Assembly: GCA_965220375.1 (NCBI GenBank)
Contig: OZ244824.1
Location: 1,864,406 to 1,928,405 of the forward strand
DNA from: Dehalococcoidia bacterium
Lineage (GTDB): Bacteria; Chloroflexota; Dehalococcoidia; Lucifugimonadales; JAGWBF01
Direction: 5' to 3'
Length of the DNA: 64,000 nt
Shown here: positions 38,303 to 47,197 of the stretch, piece after piece
How positions within the stretch are numbered: position 1 is the first letter of the stretch
How the letters are laid out: every line of letters begins with the position of its first letter
Program-made: the position numbers and the translations under genes
The notes under the pieces: model-generated
What the model was told of the DNA's origin: nothing
The model's database searches: none
The model's input: only the letters and a program-made list of their open reading frames with translations

Positions 38303-40066
38303 ATGACTACTTTCATGGGACAAGAGACCACCATAAAGACCGAAGTAGGTGTGGCGGTCCCGATGCGGGATGGTGTCGTCCTGCACGCTGATGTCTATCG
38401 TCCGGAATCCGATGCTAAGCGTCCAGTCCTTTTACAACGTACACCATATAACAAGAATATGCCCCCAGCGCGGACAGCCGCCTTAGATGCCCTTAGAGCA
38501 GCATCCCACGGGTACGCTGTGGTGGTCCAGGACACCAGGGGCAGGTACTCCTCCGGTGGAGAGTTTTATCCTTTCCGGCACGAGATCGAGGATGGGTACG
38601 ATACGGTGGAGTGGTGTGCATCCCAGCCCTGGAGCACGGGAAAGGTGGGAATGTTCGGGCGCTCCTACGTAGGCGCCACTCAATGGTTGGCTGCCTTGAG
38701 CGGTCACCCAGCCCTGGCCGCTATTGCTCCCGGGCTGACCGCCTCGGACTACCACGAAGGCTGGACGTACCAGGGTGGAGCTATGGCATGGGGGTTTGCC
38801 GTCTCCTGGACTCTCAGCGCCTTGACCATGGCCAATCTTGGCAACATATCCCGGAACAACGATGTCCCGGCGGGCACCCGTGAAAGGCTCTTGGAAGCTA
38901 TAGACAATATGGAGGAGAGTTTCAAATTCCTCCCCCCAAAGGACTTCCCTCATCTCCAGGGGGGACTTGCCGACTATTTCTACGATTGGATAGCCCACAA
39001 CCGGCCCGACGACTATTGGGGCCATTGGAGGATCGAAGACCATCATCGGCGTCTGAACGTGGCTGTATTCAACATCGCTGGATGGCACGATATATTCTTG
39101 AAGGGCAGCTTGCGTAACTTCCGCGGAATGAGGGAAGAGGGGGCAACCGAAGATGTCCGCTCCAAGCAGAGGCTGATTGTCGGGCCCTGGCACCACGCCA
39201 CGCCCGGCCCCGAGGTTTCCGGAGAGGTCTATTTTGGCTTGATGGCGAGCGATGTTGCGGTGGACATGAACGCACAGCATCTACGCTTCTTTGATCGATG
39301 GTTGAAGGGGACCGAAAACAACCTGGAGTCCGAGCCTCCGGTGCGTATCTTCGTTATGGGGGAAAACCGCTGGCGGGATGAAAACGAATGGCCCTTGGAG
39401 CGCACCCAGTACATCCCGTACTACCTCCATAGCGAAGGCCGAGCCAACGAGGCTTCCGGGGATGGCTCATTGTCCACGATGGCGTGCGGGTCTGAACCGC
39501 CGGACGTCTATGTGTACGACCCCAGGTGTCCCGTCCCGACAAGGGGAGGCGGGCTTTGCTGTTCTAATGGCTTCTTGCCAGGAGGAGCCTTCGACCAAGG
39601 GGAGATCGAATCAAGACCAGACGTGCTGGTCTTTACCTCTTCTCCCATGACGTCAAGCATGGAGGTCACAGGCCCAGTTTCCCTAGTGCTGTACGCATCC
39701 AGCTCTGCCGTTGACACCGATTTCACAGCCAAGCTTGTGGATGTTGCTCCCTGCGGATGTGCCCGGAACTTGACCGATGGCATAATCAGGGCCCGTTACC
39801 GGGACTCATTGTCCGAACCGAGCTTCATCGAACCGGGCAAGGTCTATAAGTACGAGGTCGATCTTGTGGCCACGAGCAACGTGTTTTTGCCCGGACATAG
39901 TATTCGGCTTGAGGTATCCAGCAGCAACTTTCCCCGCTTTGACCGCAATCCCAACACAGGGGGCGAACCTTCGGAGGAAGCTGAGCTAAAGCCCGCCCTC
40001 CAGACCATTGTTCACGATGCCCAGCGGCCTTCACACTTGGTGATGCCGGTGATCCCCAGGGAGTGA
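38303..40066 (+). CDS. CocE/NonD family hydrolase (X-Pro dipeptidyl-peptidase S15-like)
   Basis: ORF 38261..40066, with ATG 38303 preferred. Motifs MRDGVVLHADVYRP, PVLLQRTPYNK, GMFGRSYVG (nucleophile Ser). The C-terminal beta-sandwich ends with ..SSSNFPRFDRNPNTG. Confidence 0.85.
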   Translation: MTTFMGQETTIKTEVGVAVPMRDGVVLHADVYRPESDAKRPVLLQRTPYNKNMPPARTAALDALRAASHGYAVVVQDTRGRYSSGGEFYPFRHEIEDGYDTVEWCASQPWSTGKVGMFGRSYVGATQWLAALSGHPALAAIAPGLTASDYHEGWTYQGGAMAWGFAVSWTLSALTMANLGNISRNNDVPAGTRERLLEAIDNMEESFKFLPPKDFPHLQGGLADYFYDWIAHNRPDDYWGHWRIEDHHRRLNVAVFNIAGWHDIFLKGSLRNFRGMREEGATEDVRSKQRLIVGPWHHATPGPEVSGEVYFGLMASDVAVDMNAQHLRFFDRWLKGTENNLESEPPVRIFVMGENRWRDENEWPLERTQYIPYYLHSEGRANEASGDGSLSTMACGSEPPDVYVYDPRCPVPTRGGGLCCSNGFLPGGAFDQGEIESRPDVLVFTSSPMTSSMEVTGPVSLVLYASSSAVDTDFTAKLVDVAPCGCARNLTDGIIRARYRDSLSEPSFIEPGKVYKYEVDLVATSNVFLPGHSIRLEVSSSNFPRFDRNPNTGGEPSEEAELKPALQTIVHDAQRPSHLVMPVIPRE

Positions 40067-40150
40067 TGGGGACGAGAAGGCTTGCGCTCGATCTATAAAA
40101 GGGGAGTCTCGGGAAGAGAACAGCAATGAGCGCGGGGCCCAGGGAATGAT

Positions 40151-40249
40151 ATGCAGCTGCACCAATGGTTTTTGATAGCCGGGATGATAGCCGCAGGCCT
40201 GCTCTTGGCCACCCTGATAATGTGCCGGTCCCGAGGGCTGCCCCTGTGA
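40151..40249 (+). CDS. possible 32-aa single-TM micro-protein (speculative)
   Basis: ATG 40151 to TGA 40247-40249 encodes MQLHQWFLIAGMIAAGLLLATLIMCRSRGLPL. Weak GGGAA RBS; a terminator hairpin follows. It is below the ORF-track size cutoff. Confidence 0.25.
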   Translation: MQLHQWFLIAGMIAAGLLLATLIMCRSRGLPL

Positions 40250-40255
40250 AAGCGC

Positions 40256-40283
40256 GCACCCCGTTCTCTGAGGAACGGGGTGC
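40256..40283. terminator. hairpin between convergent genes (possible bidirectional terminator)
   Basis: 11-bp stem GCACCCCGTTC / GAACGGGGTGC with a 6-nt loop. Weak T-tract on the minus side only. Confidence 0.5.
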
Positions 40284-40298
40284 TATGGCGTCGTCGGC

Positions 40299-41180
40299 TT
40301 AGGTCCTCACACCATCCAGGATCCTCACGACCTGCTCGGTTGACACCAGGTGCTTGTGCAAGCCCATAGCCCGTGGGGAAAAGCCCAAGGCCAGCCCTAC
40401 AAGCTGGGGAAGATGGAGGATCGGCAGGTCGATGTCCCTCTCCTTGTGCCTGGCTGCATCGCCCTGTTTACCGTCCAGCTCCAGGTGGCAAAGGGGGCAT
40501 GGGGTAACGATGCAATCCGCTCCCTTGTCCTTGGCCTCCAGGGTGTGGTCGCCGCACATGGCCAGGGAGTTCTCTTCGCTGGCCGAAAGTATGGGGAATC
40601 CACAGCACTTGCCCTTCCCGGAGGTGTTTACCACCTCGCCTCCCAGGGTCTCGATGGTCTTTTCCAGCACCGTTTTGCGTCCCTCGAATCCCTTGGGCAC
40701 CATCAGCTCAGGTGGGCGGCGCAGGTAGCAGCCATAGAATGACGCAATTTTCAGGCCTTCCAGCGGATGGACCACCAGCTCTTTCAGATTGTCCAGGCCG
40801 AAATCTTCATCCAGTATCCACAGAAAGTGCTTTACATCTACCGTCCCGTCGTATCTGAGTCCCTCTGACGCCAAGTATTCCCGGTTGATGCGGTCCCGAT
40901 ACTCAGGGTCGGACTGCAGCCGGTGGTTAGCTTGGGTGAAGGTGCCCTGGCAGGTGCTGCAGATGGTCATCATGGTCATACCCATCTTTTCGACCTTGGC
41001 CAAGGTGCGGGCGTTTACAGGGTCGGAGACCTCCTGGCTCAGGACGCCTGCGCCGCTGCAACCCACATCATTCAGCTCCACCAGCTCTATATTCAGCATG
41101 TCGGCAACCATCTTGGCGGCCGGGTACAGTTCGGGGCATCCGCCCTTTGAGACGCAGCCTGGGAAGAATGCGTAAGCCAT
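40299..41180 (-). CDS. HdrB-like CCG-domain subunit of succinate dehydrogenase/fumarate reductase (SdhE/SdhC of type-E enzymes)
   Basis: ORF 40299..41198, with ATG 41180 preferred; it overlaps the sdhB stop (TAATG). Two cysteine-rich CCG-type regions: FFPGC....GGCPE..., CSTCQG, and PCPLCHLELD. Confidence 0.7.
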   Translation of the reverse strand: MAYAFFPGCVSKGGCPELYPAAKMVADMLNIELVELNDVGCSGAGVLSQEVSDPVNARTLAKVEKMGMTMMTICSTCQGTFTQANHRLQSDPEYRDRINREYLASEGLRYDGTVDVKHFLWILDEDFGLDNLKELVVHPLEGLKIASFYGCYLRRPPELMVPKGFEGRKTVLEKTIETLGGEVVNTSGKGKCCGFPILSASEENSLAMCGDHTLEAKDKGADCIVTPCPLCHLELDGKQGDAARHKERDIDLPILHLPQLVGLALGFSPRAMGLHKHLVSTEQVVRILDGVRT

Positions 41181-42136
41181 TAGTCCTTCTCCTCCCACGT
41201 ATCGAAGATGCGCTTGATGCGGTCACGCCCTTCCCGCTTCTCGTGCAGGAAGTAGGGAAGGGGCCTCTTGCCCTTCCGAAATGCCTTAATGGCCAGTGGG
41301 ACCTGCTTGAGCTGACCCTTGATGTTGGTCAACCCTTCGGTCTCGATTGCCAGCCTGGCTTCATCCAGCCAGCCGTCGTTTTTGACCGACTTGGCGAAGC
41401 TCCGATAGTGGTTGCGGACCGTAGGAATGCCGGCATTTGCCTTTATGGCCTTGTTGCGCAGTGCAAAGATGCGCTCGGTGGGATCGATCTCCTTGGGACA
41501 GTGCTCGCTGGCTTCATAGCAGTGACAACAGTCCCACATACCGTTCTTTTCGCTAAGGTTATTGAGACGCTCCTCCGTCCGGTTGTCACGGGGATCGAAG
41601 ACCGTCCTGTAGGCCTTGGTCAAAGCGAGGGGACCGGCGAACTTGCGGTCCACCACCATCGTGCTGCATCCCTCATCGCACAGCCAACACATGGTGCAGC
41701 TCATAACCTTACGCAGGTCCTGTACAACCTTATTGGGCACGACATGCTCTTTGTCGGGGGCCTTCTGATCGGTCTCGATCCAGGGCTCCACCGCCTTGTA
41801 CTTGTCGTAAACCCAGAAGTCCAGGTCGTACATCATGTCTTTGGTAGTGCTGATCAGACGGACTGGCTCGACACTGATGGTGCCCTCGTTCTGGGCTGCG
41901 CCAACCGTGGTGGTGCAGGCCACCCGGTTGCGACGGCTGATACGCATGGTGCAGTCGCCGCAGAAACCGCTTCGGCAGCTCCCTCGGAAGGCCATGGTGC
42001 TATCCTGCTCCTCCTTGACCTGCATGAGGGCATCCAGCACTGTAGCACCTTCATCGATCTCCACAGGATATTCCTGAAAGTCCCCTTTGCTGCCATTGCC
42101 GGGACTGGACCTGTAAAACTTCAGATTAATTTCCAT
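41180..42136 (-). CDS. sdhB: succinate dehydrogenase/fumarate reductase iron-sulfur subunit
   Basis: 2Fe-2S motif CRSGFCGDC......C plus two Cys clusters (CTMCWLCDEGC, CCHCYEASEHCP). It lies directly downstream of the flavoprotein subunit. Confidence 0.8.
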   Translation of the reverse strand: MEINLKFYRSSPGNGSKGDFQEYPVEIDEGATVLDALMQVKEEQDSTMAFRGSCRSGFCGDCTMRISRRNRVACTTTVGAAQNEGTISVEPVRLISTTKDMMYDLDFWVYDKYKAVEPWIETDQKAPDKEHVVPNKVVQDLRKVMSCTMCWLCDEGCSTMVVDRKFAGPLALTKAYRTVFDPRDNRTEERLNNLSEKNGMWDCCHCYEASEHCPKEIDPTERIFALRNKAIKANAGIPTVRNHYRSFAKSVKNDGWLDEARLAIETEGLTNIKGQLKQVPLAIKAFRKGKRPLPYFLHEKREGRDRIKRIFDTWEEKD

Positions 42137-42181
42137 GAACCCACCCCTCTTTGAAACTCTGCTTGGATAAAGAAGACCGTT

Positions 42182-43849
42182 CTAAGGCTGCCACTGGGTA
42201 ATGGTGACCGGCTTGGTGGATACCTCCGGACCTTCCGGGCCAGCGGTTGCTATGGTGTGTTGCAGCCAGTTGGCATCATCTCTCTCGGGCATGTCGCTGC
42301 GTTGGTGGGCCCCTCGGCTCTCCTGGCGAGCAGCAGCGCACATGGCCATAACATGGGCCGCGTCGAGCATGTTGGCCAACTCAAGGTATGTCGGAAGGGA
42401 TGGATTGTAAGGCCCGCCTACGTTGGGCACCCCAATCTGCATGTATCGTTCCTTCATATCATGGATGGCACCTATCGTTTCCTCCAGGGACGCCCCACCG
42501 CGCCGTATGCCCATGCTGGTCTGCAGCGTCTGGTTCAACTGCTTACGGATGGAGCCTATGGAGTCGGAGCCTCCATTTCTCGATGCGAGGCTCCGGGCAT
42601 ACTCTTCCTGGTCTGACAGCAGAGATGAAGGCGCTTCGGCGCTGCTGACTGAGCGGGAGTTGCCGGCAGCCGCCTCGCCTGCCCGCCTGCCGAACACTAT
42701 GCAGTCCAGCATTGAGTTTCCTGCCAGCCGACCGGCGCCATGAGCGCCCGAACAAGCTGATTCTCCTGCCGCGTACAGGCCCGCCACGGCAGTGGCTCCT
42801 TGGGCGTCCACTTGTATGCCCCCCATGGGCCTGTGAGCGGCCGGCTGGACCGGCACCAGGTCCTTGGTGATGTCAATTCCAAGGTGGGTCTTTACCAGGA
42901 ACTTGGTTTCGGGGAGCCTGTCGTCTATTCGGTCCTTGTCCAGGTGCCGAAAATCCAGGAAGACACATTCATCTTCGCCCCGGCCTTCGCGTATCTCCGA
43001 ATCTATGGCTTGGGCGCACAATTCCCTGCCTTCCAGCTCAGGGGTTTGCCCAGTATCCGATGAATAGGTTGACATAAAGCGTTCACCGGCTGCATTGACC
43101 AGGAAAGCGCCCTCTCCCCGGGCAGCCTCGCTGACAACCAGACCCTTCCCCTTCAGGGTGGTGGGGTGGTACTGCACCATCTCCATGTCCATAAGGGGCG
43201 CGCCGGCGCGGTATGCCATCGCCACCCCGTCGGCTGTGCTGAAGAATGCGGAGGTGCTGGTGGCGAAGAGCCGGCCTATGCCCCCTGTAGCAATCACTGT
43301 GGACTTGGAGTTCAACGCTTCCAGCTTGCCGGCGGCGAGGTCATAGGCGATGACGCCGCAGCAGGCGCCGTCAACTACCATCAGGGAGACGGCATGCCAT
43401 TCGTCGTAGGTGGCTATGCCCATCCGCAGAACGTTCTCATACAGCACTTGCAGGACGATATGCCCCGCCGAATCGCCGACGTAGCATGTACGGGGCTGGG
43501 ATGACCCGCCGAAGGGCATCACGTCGATAAGCCCGTCCTGGTCCCTGCTGAATGGCACCCCCATATGCTCCAGCAGGATGACATCCTGGCGTGCATCCTG
43601 GCAAAGGGCTTCGACGACATCCTGGTCCCCGAGGTAAGCGCCGGCCTTTATCGTATCTTCTGCGTGGGACTGCCAAGAGTCGCCGGACTTGATGGCTGCG
43701 TTTATGCCGCTGTGAGCACCCGAGGACTGGCTTCGCAGTGGATGTATCTTGGACACCAGCCCTACATCCACCCCTGCCGCCTTGGCAGCTAACGCGGCCC
43801 GCATCCCTGCTAAGCCGCCTCCGATTATTAGGACATCATGGTATGGCAT
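42182..43849 (-). CDS. sdhA: succinate dehydrogenase/fumarate reductase flavoprotein subunit
   Basis: FAD motif DVLIIGGGLAGMRAA, SQSSGAHSGINAA, MVQYHPT, GLYAAGE, ESRGAHQR. Confidence 0.85.
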   Translation of the reverse strand: MPYHDVLIIGGGLAGMRAALAAKAAGVDVGLVSKIHPLRSQSSGAHSGINAAIKSGDSWQSHAEDTIKAGAYLGDQDVVEALCQDARQDVILLEHMGVPFSRDQDGLIDVMPFGGSSQPRTCYVGDSAGHIVLQVLYENVLRMGIATYDEWHAVSLMVVDGACCGVIAYDLAAGKLEALNSKSTVIATGGIGRLFATSTSAFFSTADGVAMAYRAGAPLMDMEMVQYHPTTLKGKGLVVSEAARGEGAFLVNAAGERFMSTYSSDTGQTPELEGRELCAQAIDSEIREGRGEDECVFLDFRHLDKDRIDDRLPETKFLVKTHLGIDITKDLVPVQPAAHRPMGGIQVDAQGATAVAGLYAAGESACSGAHGAGRLAGNSMLDCIVFGRRAGEAAAGNSRSVSSAEAPSSLLSDQEEYARSLASRNGGSDSIGSIRKQLNQTLQTSMGIRRGGASLEETIGAIHDMKERYMQIGVPNVGGPYNPSLPTYLELANMLDAAHVMAMCAAARQESRGAHQRSDMPERDDANWLQHTIATAGPEGPEVSTKPVTITQWQP

Positions 43850-43897
43850 CGCAGCCCCTTGGAGTTGAGTTGTCCCTATTGGAACATTGACAGCGTG

Positions 43898-43913
43898 CCA
43901 ATTATAGAATTGG
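43898..43913. promoter_or_regulatory. inverted repeat CCAATT-N4-AATTGG overlapping the sdh -10 box (candidate operator)
   Basis: 6-bp perfect arms centred on the -10 hexamer. It is nested inside an outer 8-bp inverted repeat TTGACAGC (43887-43894) / GCTGTCAA (43922-43929). Confidence 0.35.
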
Positions 43914-43929
43914 CCTCTATAGCTGTCAA
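43901..43929 (-). promoter_or_regulatory. consensus sigma70 promoter of the sdhA-sdhB-CCG operon
   Basis: On the minus strand: TTGACA, 17-nt spacer, TATAAT, about 50 nt upstream of the sdhA ATG. Confidence 0.6.
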
Positions 43930-43992
43930 TTGAGGGAGCGTGGCCGCTGTAACTGGTGACGACATTGAAGGGTTGTCAGTGGACAGGTGCGC

Positions 43993-44021
43993 TTGACATG
44001 GATGTCAACGGATAGTACACT
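43993..44021 (+). promoter_or_regulatory. sigma70-type promoter of the P-loop kinase gene
   Basis: TTGACA (43993-43998), 17-nt spacer, TACACT (44016-44021). Confidence 0.45.
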
Positions 44022-44086
44022 CCCGCACTGTGTTTGCTATCCGTAGCACCGCGTAAACCCAGCCTCGTTCAGTCCGGGGTTAGAGA

Positions 44087-44731
44087 ATGCAGGACCGACA
44101 TTCTCCTCAAACAGGACCCGTCTCCAGGGACCCCAATGCCAGCCCTCCGATCATACTGCTTGGAGGCGCATCTGGAACGGGGAAGACAACCATTGGCAAC
44201 CTCTTGATCAAAGAACTGGGGTTGTCCCACCACCTGAGCACGGGGTTCATACGCTCATCCATTGCCCACCTGCTGCCCGAGAAGGAGAACCTCCTTCTTC
44301 AGAAGCACACCTACGATGCCTGCGAAGCTCTCCTTAACGGGGTCACCAATGGCAGAAGTCCATTGTTGGAGGGAGCTATTCAGCAAAGCCTCTTGCTTAA
44401 GCCTGCTATCGAGTCGTGCATCAGAAGAGCCAGTCGGGAGGGGATTGGGATGGTGGTGGAGGGAAGTCACTTCATACCAGGCATACTCGATCCGGTCTCC
44501 CTGGGAGCCGATGTGATGTGCATCTTGGACGTTCCCGACCGGAGAGAGCTAACCCAGCGCGCCCACAGCCAGAACCATGCCAAGAGGGCCCTTTCTGAAG
44601 AGCAGAGCCAACGTCTTGGCGAGCTGCAGGAAGCAATCTTGTTGAGAGCCAGGGAGAGCGGGGACCCTATAGTTGTGAACGACGACATTGATGCGGCCAT
44701 CACCAAGATCAAGTCCCTGCTAGGTATGTAA
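44087..44731 (+). CDS. P-loop kinase, 2-phosphoglycerate-kinase-like (COG2074-type)
   Basis: IILLGGASGTGKTTIGNLL..LGLSHHLSTGFIRS and GMVVEGSHFIPG resemble 2-PGK-like ATPases. Confidence 0.55.
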   Translation: MQDRHSPQTGPVSRDPNASPPIILLGGASGTGKTTIGNLLIKELGLSHHLSTGFIRSSIAHLLPEKENLLLQKHTYDACEALLNGVTNGRSPLLEGAIQQSLLLKPAIESCIRRASREGIGMVVEGSHFIPGILDPVSLGADVMCILDVPDRRELTQRAHSQNHAKRALSEEQSQRLGELQEAILLRARESGDPIVVNDDIDAAITKIKSLLGM

Positions 44732-44775
44732 CAGTCCGACTCTCGGCGGCGTGGGAAGGGTCAGGTTTCCAGCTT

Positions 44776-44851
44776 TGGCGCGCCCGGCAGGACTCGAACC
44801 CGCAACCCCTGGGTCCGAAGCCCAGTGCTCTATCCATTGAGCTACGGACGC
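44776..44851 (-). tRNA. tRNA-Arg (anticodon TCG)
   Basis: The reverse complement GCGTCCGTAGCTCAATGGATAGAGCACTGGGCTTCGGACCCAGGGGTTGCGGGTTCGAGTCCTGCCGGGCGCGCCA folds as a cloverleaf. Encoded CCA. Confidence 0.9.
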
Positions 44852-44893
44852 GTTTTTAAGCCCGAGGTCATGATTCCGATGCAGGATTCCTGT

Positions 44894-44971
44894 TGGGGTG
44901 AGCGGTGGGATTCGAACCCACGATCTCCTGAGCCACAGTCAGGCGCCTTGGACCCCTTGGCTACGCTCACC
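44894..44971 (-). tRNA. tRNA-His (anticodon GTG, with G-1)
   Basis: The reverse complement G-GTGAGCGTAGCCAAGGGGTCCAAGGCGCCTGACTGTGGCTCAGGAGATCGTGGGTTCGAATCCCACCGCTCACCCCA. The extra 5' G is typical of tRNA-His. Confidence 0.9.
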
Positions 44972-44999
44972 ATGCCTAAGGCTGGCCTGCACAAATGGT

Positions 45000-45028
45000 A
45001 GTCTAAGTAATATCCCTTCTACAGTCAA
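45000..45028 (-). promoter_or_regulatory. putative promoter of tRNA-His/tRNA-Arg
   Basis: On the minus strand: TTGACT, 17-nt spacer, TAGACT, immediately after the pepA stop and about 30 nt upstream of tRNA-His. Confidence 0.45.
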
Positions 45029-46546
45029 TCATTGACCCTTGCCGGCCAGGTCCAGGGTTAGATCGACGAGGGTGCGGGTTGGGACGCCCGTACCGCCTTT
45101 AACGACGTATCCGCTCTCCTCGCTGCTTAGGAAGGTCCCAGCGATGTCCAGGTGCACCCATGGCGTGTCTCCGACGAACTCAGCGAGGAACTGGGCGGCG
45201 GTGATAGAGCCGGCAGGTCTTCCCCCAACATTCTTGATGTCCGCAACGTTGCTCTTGAGCTGCTCCTTGTATTCATCGTACATGGGAAGCTGCCATATCC
45301 TCTCCCCCGATGCTTGCCCTGCCCTTGTTACCTCGTCCATCAGCTCTTGGTTGTTGGTCATGGCGCCGCTGCAAGCGTGCCCCAAGGCAACAATGATCGC
45401 CCCCGTAAGAGTAGCTACGTCCACCAGCCGGGTGATTCCCATCTCTTGCGCATAATGTAGGGCATCGCAGAGCACAAGACGACCCTCGGCGTCGGTGTTG
45501 ATGACCTCGATGGTCTTGCCGCTCATGCTGCGCACCACATCGCCGGGTCTTTGCGCCGACCCTCCGGGCATATTCTCCGTCGCGGCGACCATGCCCGTCA
45601 CGTTGATTTTCGGCTTTAATTGACTGATGGCTTGCATCGCCGCGATAACCGATGCCCCACCGGCCATGTCGCCCTTCATGTCTTCCATGTTGGCAGCCGG
45701 CTTGATAGAGATTCCCCCGGTATCGAAGGTGATGCCCTTGCCGATCAGGCCCAGGTTGTTGGATGGATTGTCCGGGTCCCCGTCGTACTTGAGGACGATC
45801 AGCTTTGGGGGTTCGTCGCTGCCTTGGGCAACTCCGAGAAAAGCGCCCATGCCCATCTGCTTCATGTCTTCGCGGTCGATAACCTGCAGCTCCAGCTCGT
45901 ACTCTTCGGACACTTGGCGGGCGGCATCGGACATGCGGGTGGGAGTCATCACGTTGGCGGGTTCGTTCACCATATCCCTTGCCAGCATTGCCGCTTCGGC
46001 GATGATCCTGCCGCGCTCTAGGCCATCCTCTAAGCTGGAGACCTTGTCTTGGTCCGACTCCATTACCAGAAGCTCATCCATGTCCTTGGCGTTTTCTTCG
46101 GCATTCTTGGTGAGGTAGGTCTTGAAACGATAAAGACCCAGGATGCTGCCCTCCGCCAGGCCCTGTCCCGCGTCTGCCGTATCCAGCCCGCCTATTCCGG
46201 ACCCATGGGCGATGGTTGCCGCCCTTCGTATGTCCAGCTTGCGGAGATACCGGCAGGCGGCTCCCATGGTCTTACGGACAACTTCAACGTCGAATTCGTC
46301 GGATTTCCCCAGCCCCAGCACAACGACCCTCGCCGACGGAATCTTGCCGAAGGTGTGAATGAGGGTAGTCTCGCCCTTCTTGCCCTTGATTTCCCCGTCC
46401 TTGATGAGCTGGGTGATAGCTCCATCCAGGGCCTTATCTACAGCCCCGGTTGCTCCTCCGGGGGCTTCCACGCCCTCGAAGAGGTTCACGATGATGGCGG
46501 GAGCATCCACCTGTGTTATATCGCCTTGGACTACTTTGACTTCCAC
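45029..46546 (-). CDS. pepA: leucyl aminopeptidase (M17 family)
   Basis: M17 motifs GKGITFDTGGISIKP, NTDAEGRL, MKGDMAGGA. The start is set at GTG 46546, which follows the AAGGAGGA RBS. Alternative starts are ATG 46579 and TTG 46585. Confidence 0.9.
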   Translation of the reverse strand: MEVKVVQGDITQVDAPAIIVNLFEGVEAPGGATGAVDKALDGAITQLIKDGEIKGKKGETTLIHTFGKIPSARVVVLGLGKSDEFDVEVVRKTMGAACRYLRKLDIRRAATIAHGSGIGGLDTADAGQGLAEGSILGLYRFKTYLTKNAEENAKDMDELLVMESDQDKVSSLEDGLERGRIIAEAAMLARDMVNEPANVMTPTRMSDAARQVSEEYELELQVIDREDMKQMGMGAFLGVAQGSDEPPKLIVLKYDGDPDNPSNNLGLIGKGITFDTGGISIKPAANMEDMKGDMAGGASVIAAMQAISQLKPKINVTGMVAATENMPGGSAQRPGDVVRSMSGKTIEVINTDAEGRLVLCDALHYAQEMGITRLVDVATLTGAIIVALGHACSGAMTNNQELMDEVTRAGQASGERIWQLPMYDEYKEQLKSNVADIKNVGGRPAGSITAAQFLAEFVGDTPWVHLDIAGTFLSSEESGYVVKGGTGVPTRTLVDLTLDLAGKGQ

Positions 46547-47178
46547 GCTTCCTCCTTTGCAGATGAGTCGTATATCCATTGACAAGCTTCACGCGCTACC
46601 TGTTCGATGATGGGGAATATGTCCCTGGATGTGTCCAGCACGTAGTGTTGTCGAGGAATCCGTTCCACGCTGGACCGCATCTTCATATACACACCCCAGT
46701 CGGCATCGGATTTGTCTTCCCTTGAGTCGGTTTTTTCGCGCCGCTCCAGCCGCTCCCTCACCACCGAGGGAGGGGCTGTTACCATGACCAGGATGAGCTT
46801 GGCCCGGCTCCGCTCCGCAATCCCGTAGAGGACCTGCCGGTTCCGCTCAATAAGATTTGTGGCATCGATGAGCACGGAGATGTTTCTTTGGAGCAGTTCC
46901 TCTGCCAAGGCATGGAGGGCCGCGAAGGTCCGGGCACTTTCCCAAGGCACGTAGGTAGGCTCCGGGAGCAGCGCCTTCCGAATCGCATCGCTCTCCAGGA
47001 CCAGAATTGGGCACCGGGAGCTCAGCTGCTCGGCGAAGTGGGACTTCCCCGTGCCGGGAAGCCCTGAAAGCACAACCATGACCGGGGTGGCCGACATAGC
47101 TGGCAACGCAGGCAGTCCCGGCATCAGGCGGGCTACATCCTTTGAAGTAGTCGAATCCTTTGCTGCTGACCGCTGCAT
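46531..47178 (-). CDS. P-loop ATPase / predicted kinase (AAA_33-like)
   Basis: Walker A SGLPGTGKS and LIDATN. About 190-215 aa. The start is uncertain: ATG 47178, 47124 and 47097 are all possible. Confidence 0.6.
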   Translation of the reverse strand: MQRSAAKDSTTSKDVARLMPGLPALPAMSATPVMVVLSGLPGTGKSHFAEQLSSRCPILVLESDAIRKALLPEPTYVPWESARTFAALHALAEELLQRNISVLIDATNLIERNRQVLYGIAERSRAKLILVMVTAPPSVVRERLERREKTDSREDKSDADWGVYMKMRSSVERIPRQHYVLDTSRDIFPIIEQVAREACQWIYDSSAKEEAWKSK

Positions 47179-47197
47179 AGGTGATAACCTGGCTGCC

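Noticed and set aside
43887-43892. Plus-strand TTGACA hexamer opposite the sdh promoter, as a divergent promoter.
   Set aside because: There is no acceptable -10 hexamer 16-19 nt downstream on the plus strand. It is better explained as the outer arm of the inverted repeat flanking the sdh promoter. The downstream plus-strand gene has its own TTGACA-N17-TACACT at 43993.
37977-45028. Genomic island integrated at the tRNA pairs (Gly/Phe at 38.0 kb, Arg/His at 44.8 kb).
   Set aside because: There is no integrase or recombinase, and I found no direct repeat of a tRNA 3' end. The enclosed genes (CocE-like hydrolase, sdh operon, kinase) look like core metabolism with the same promoter style as the rest of the window.
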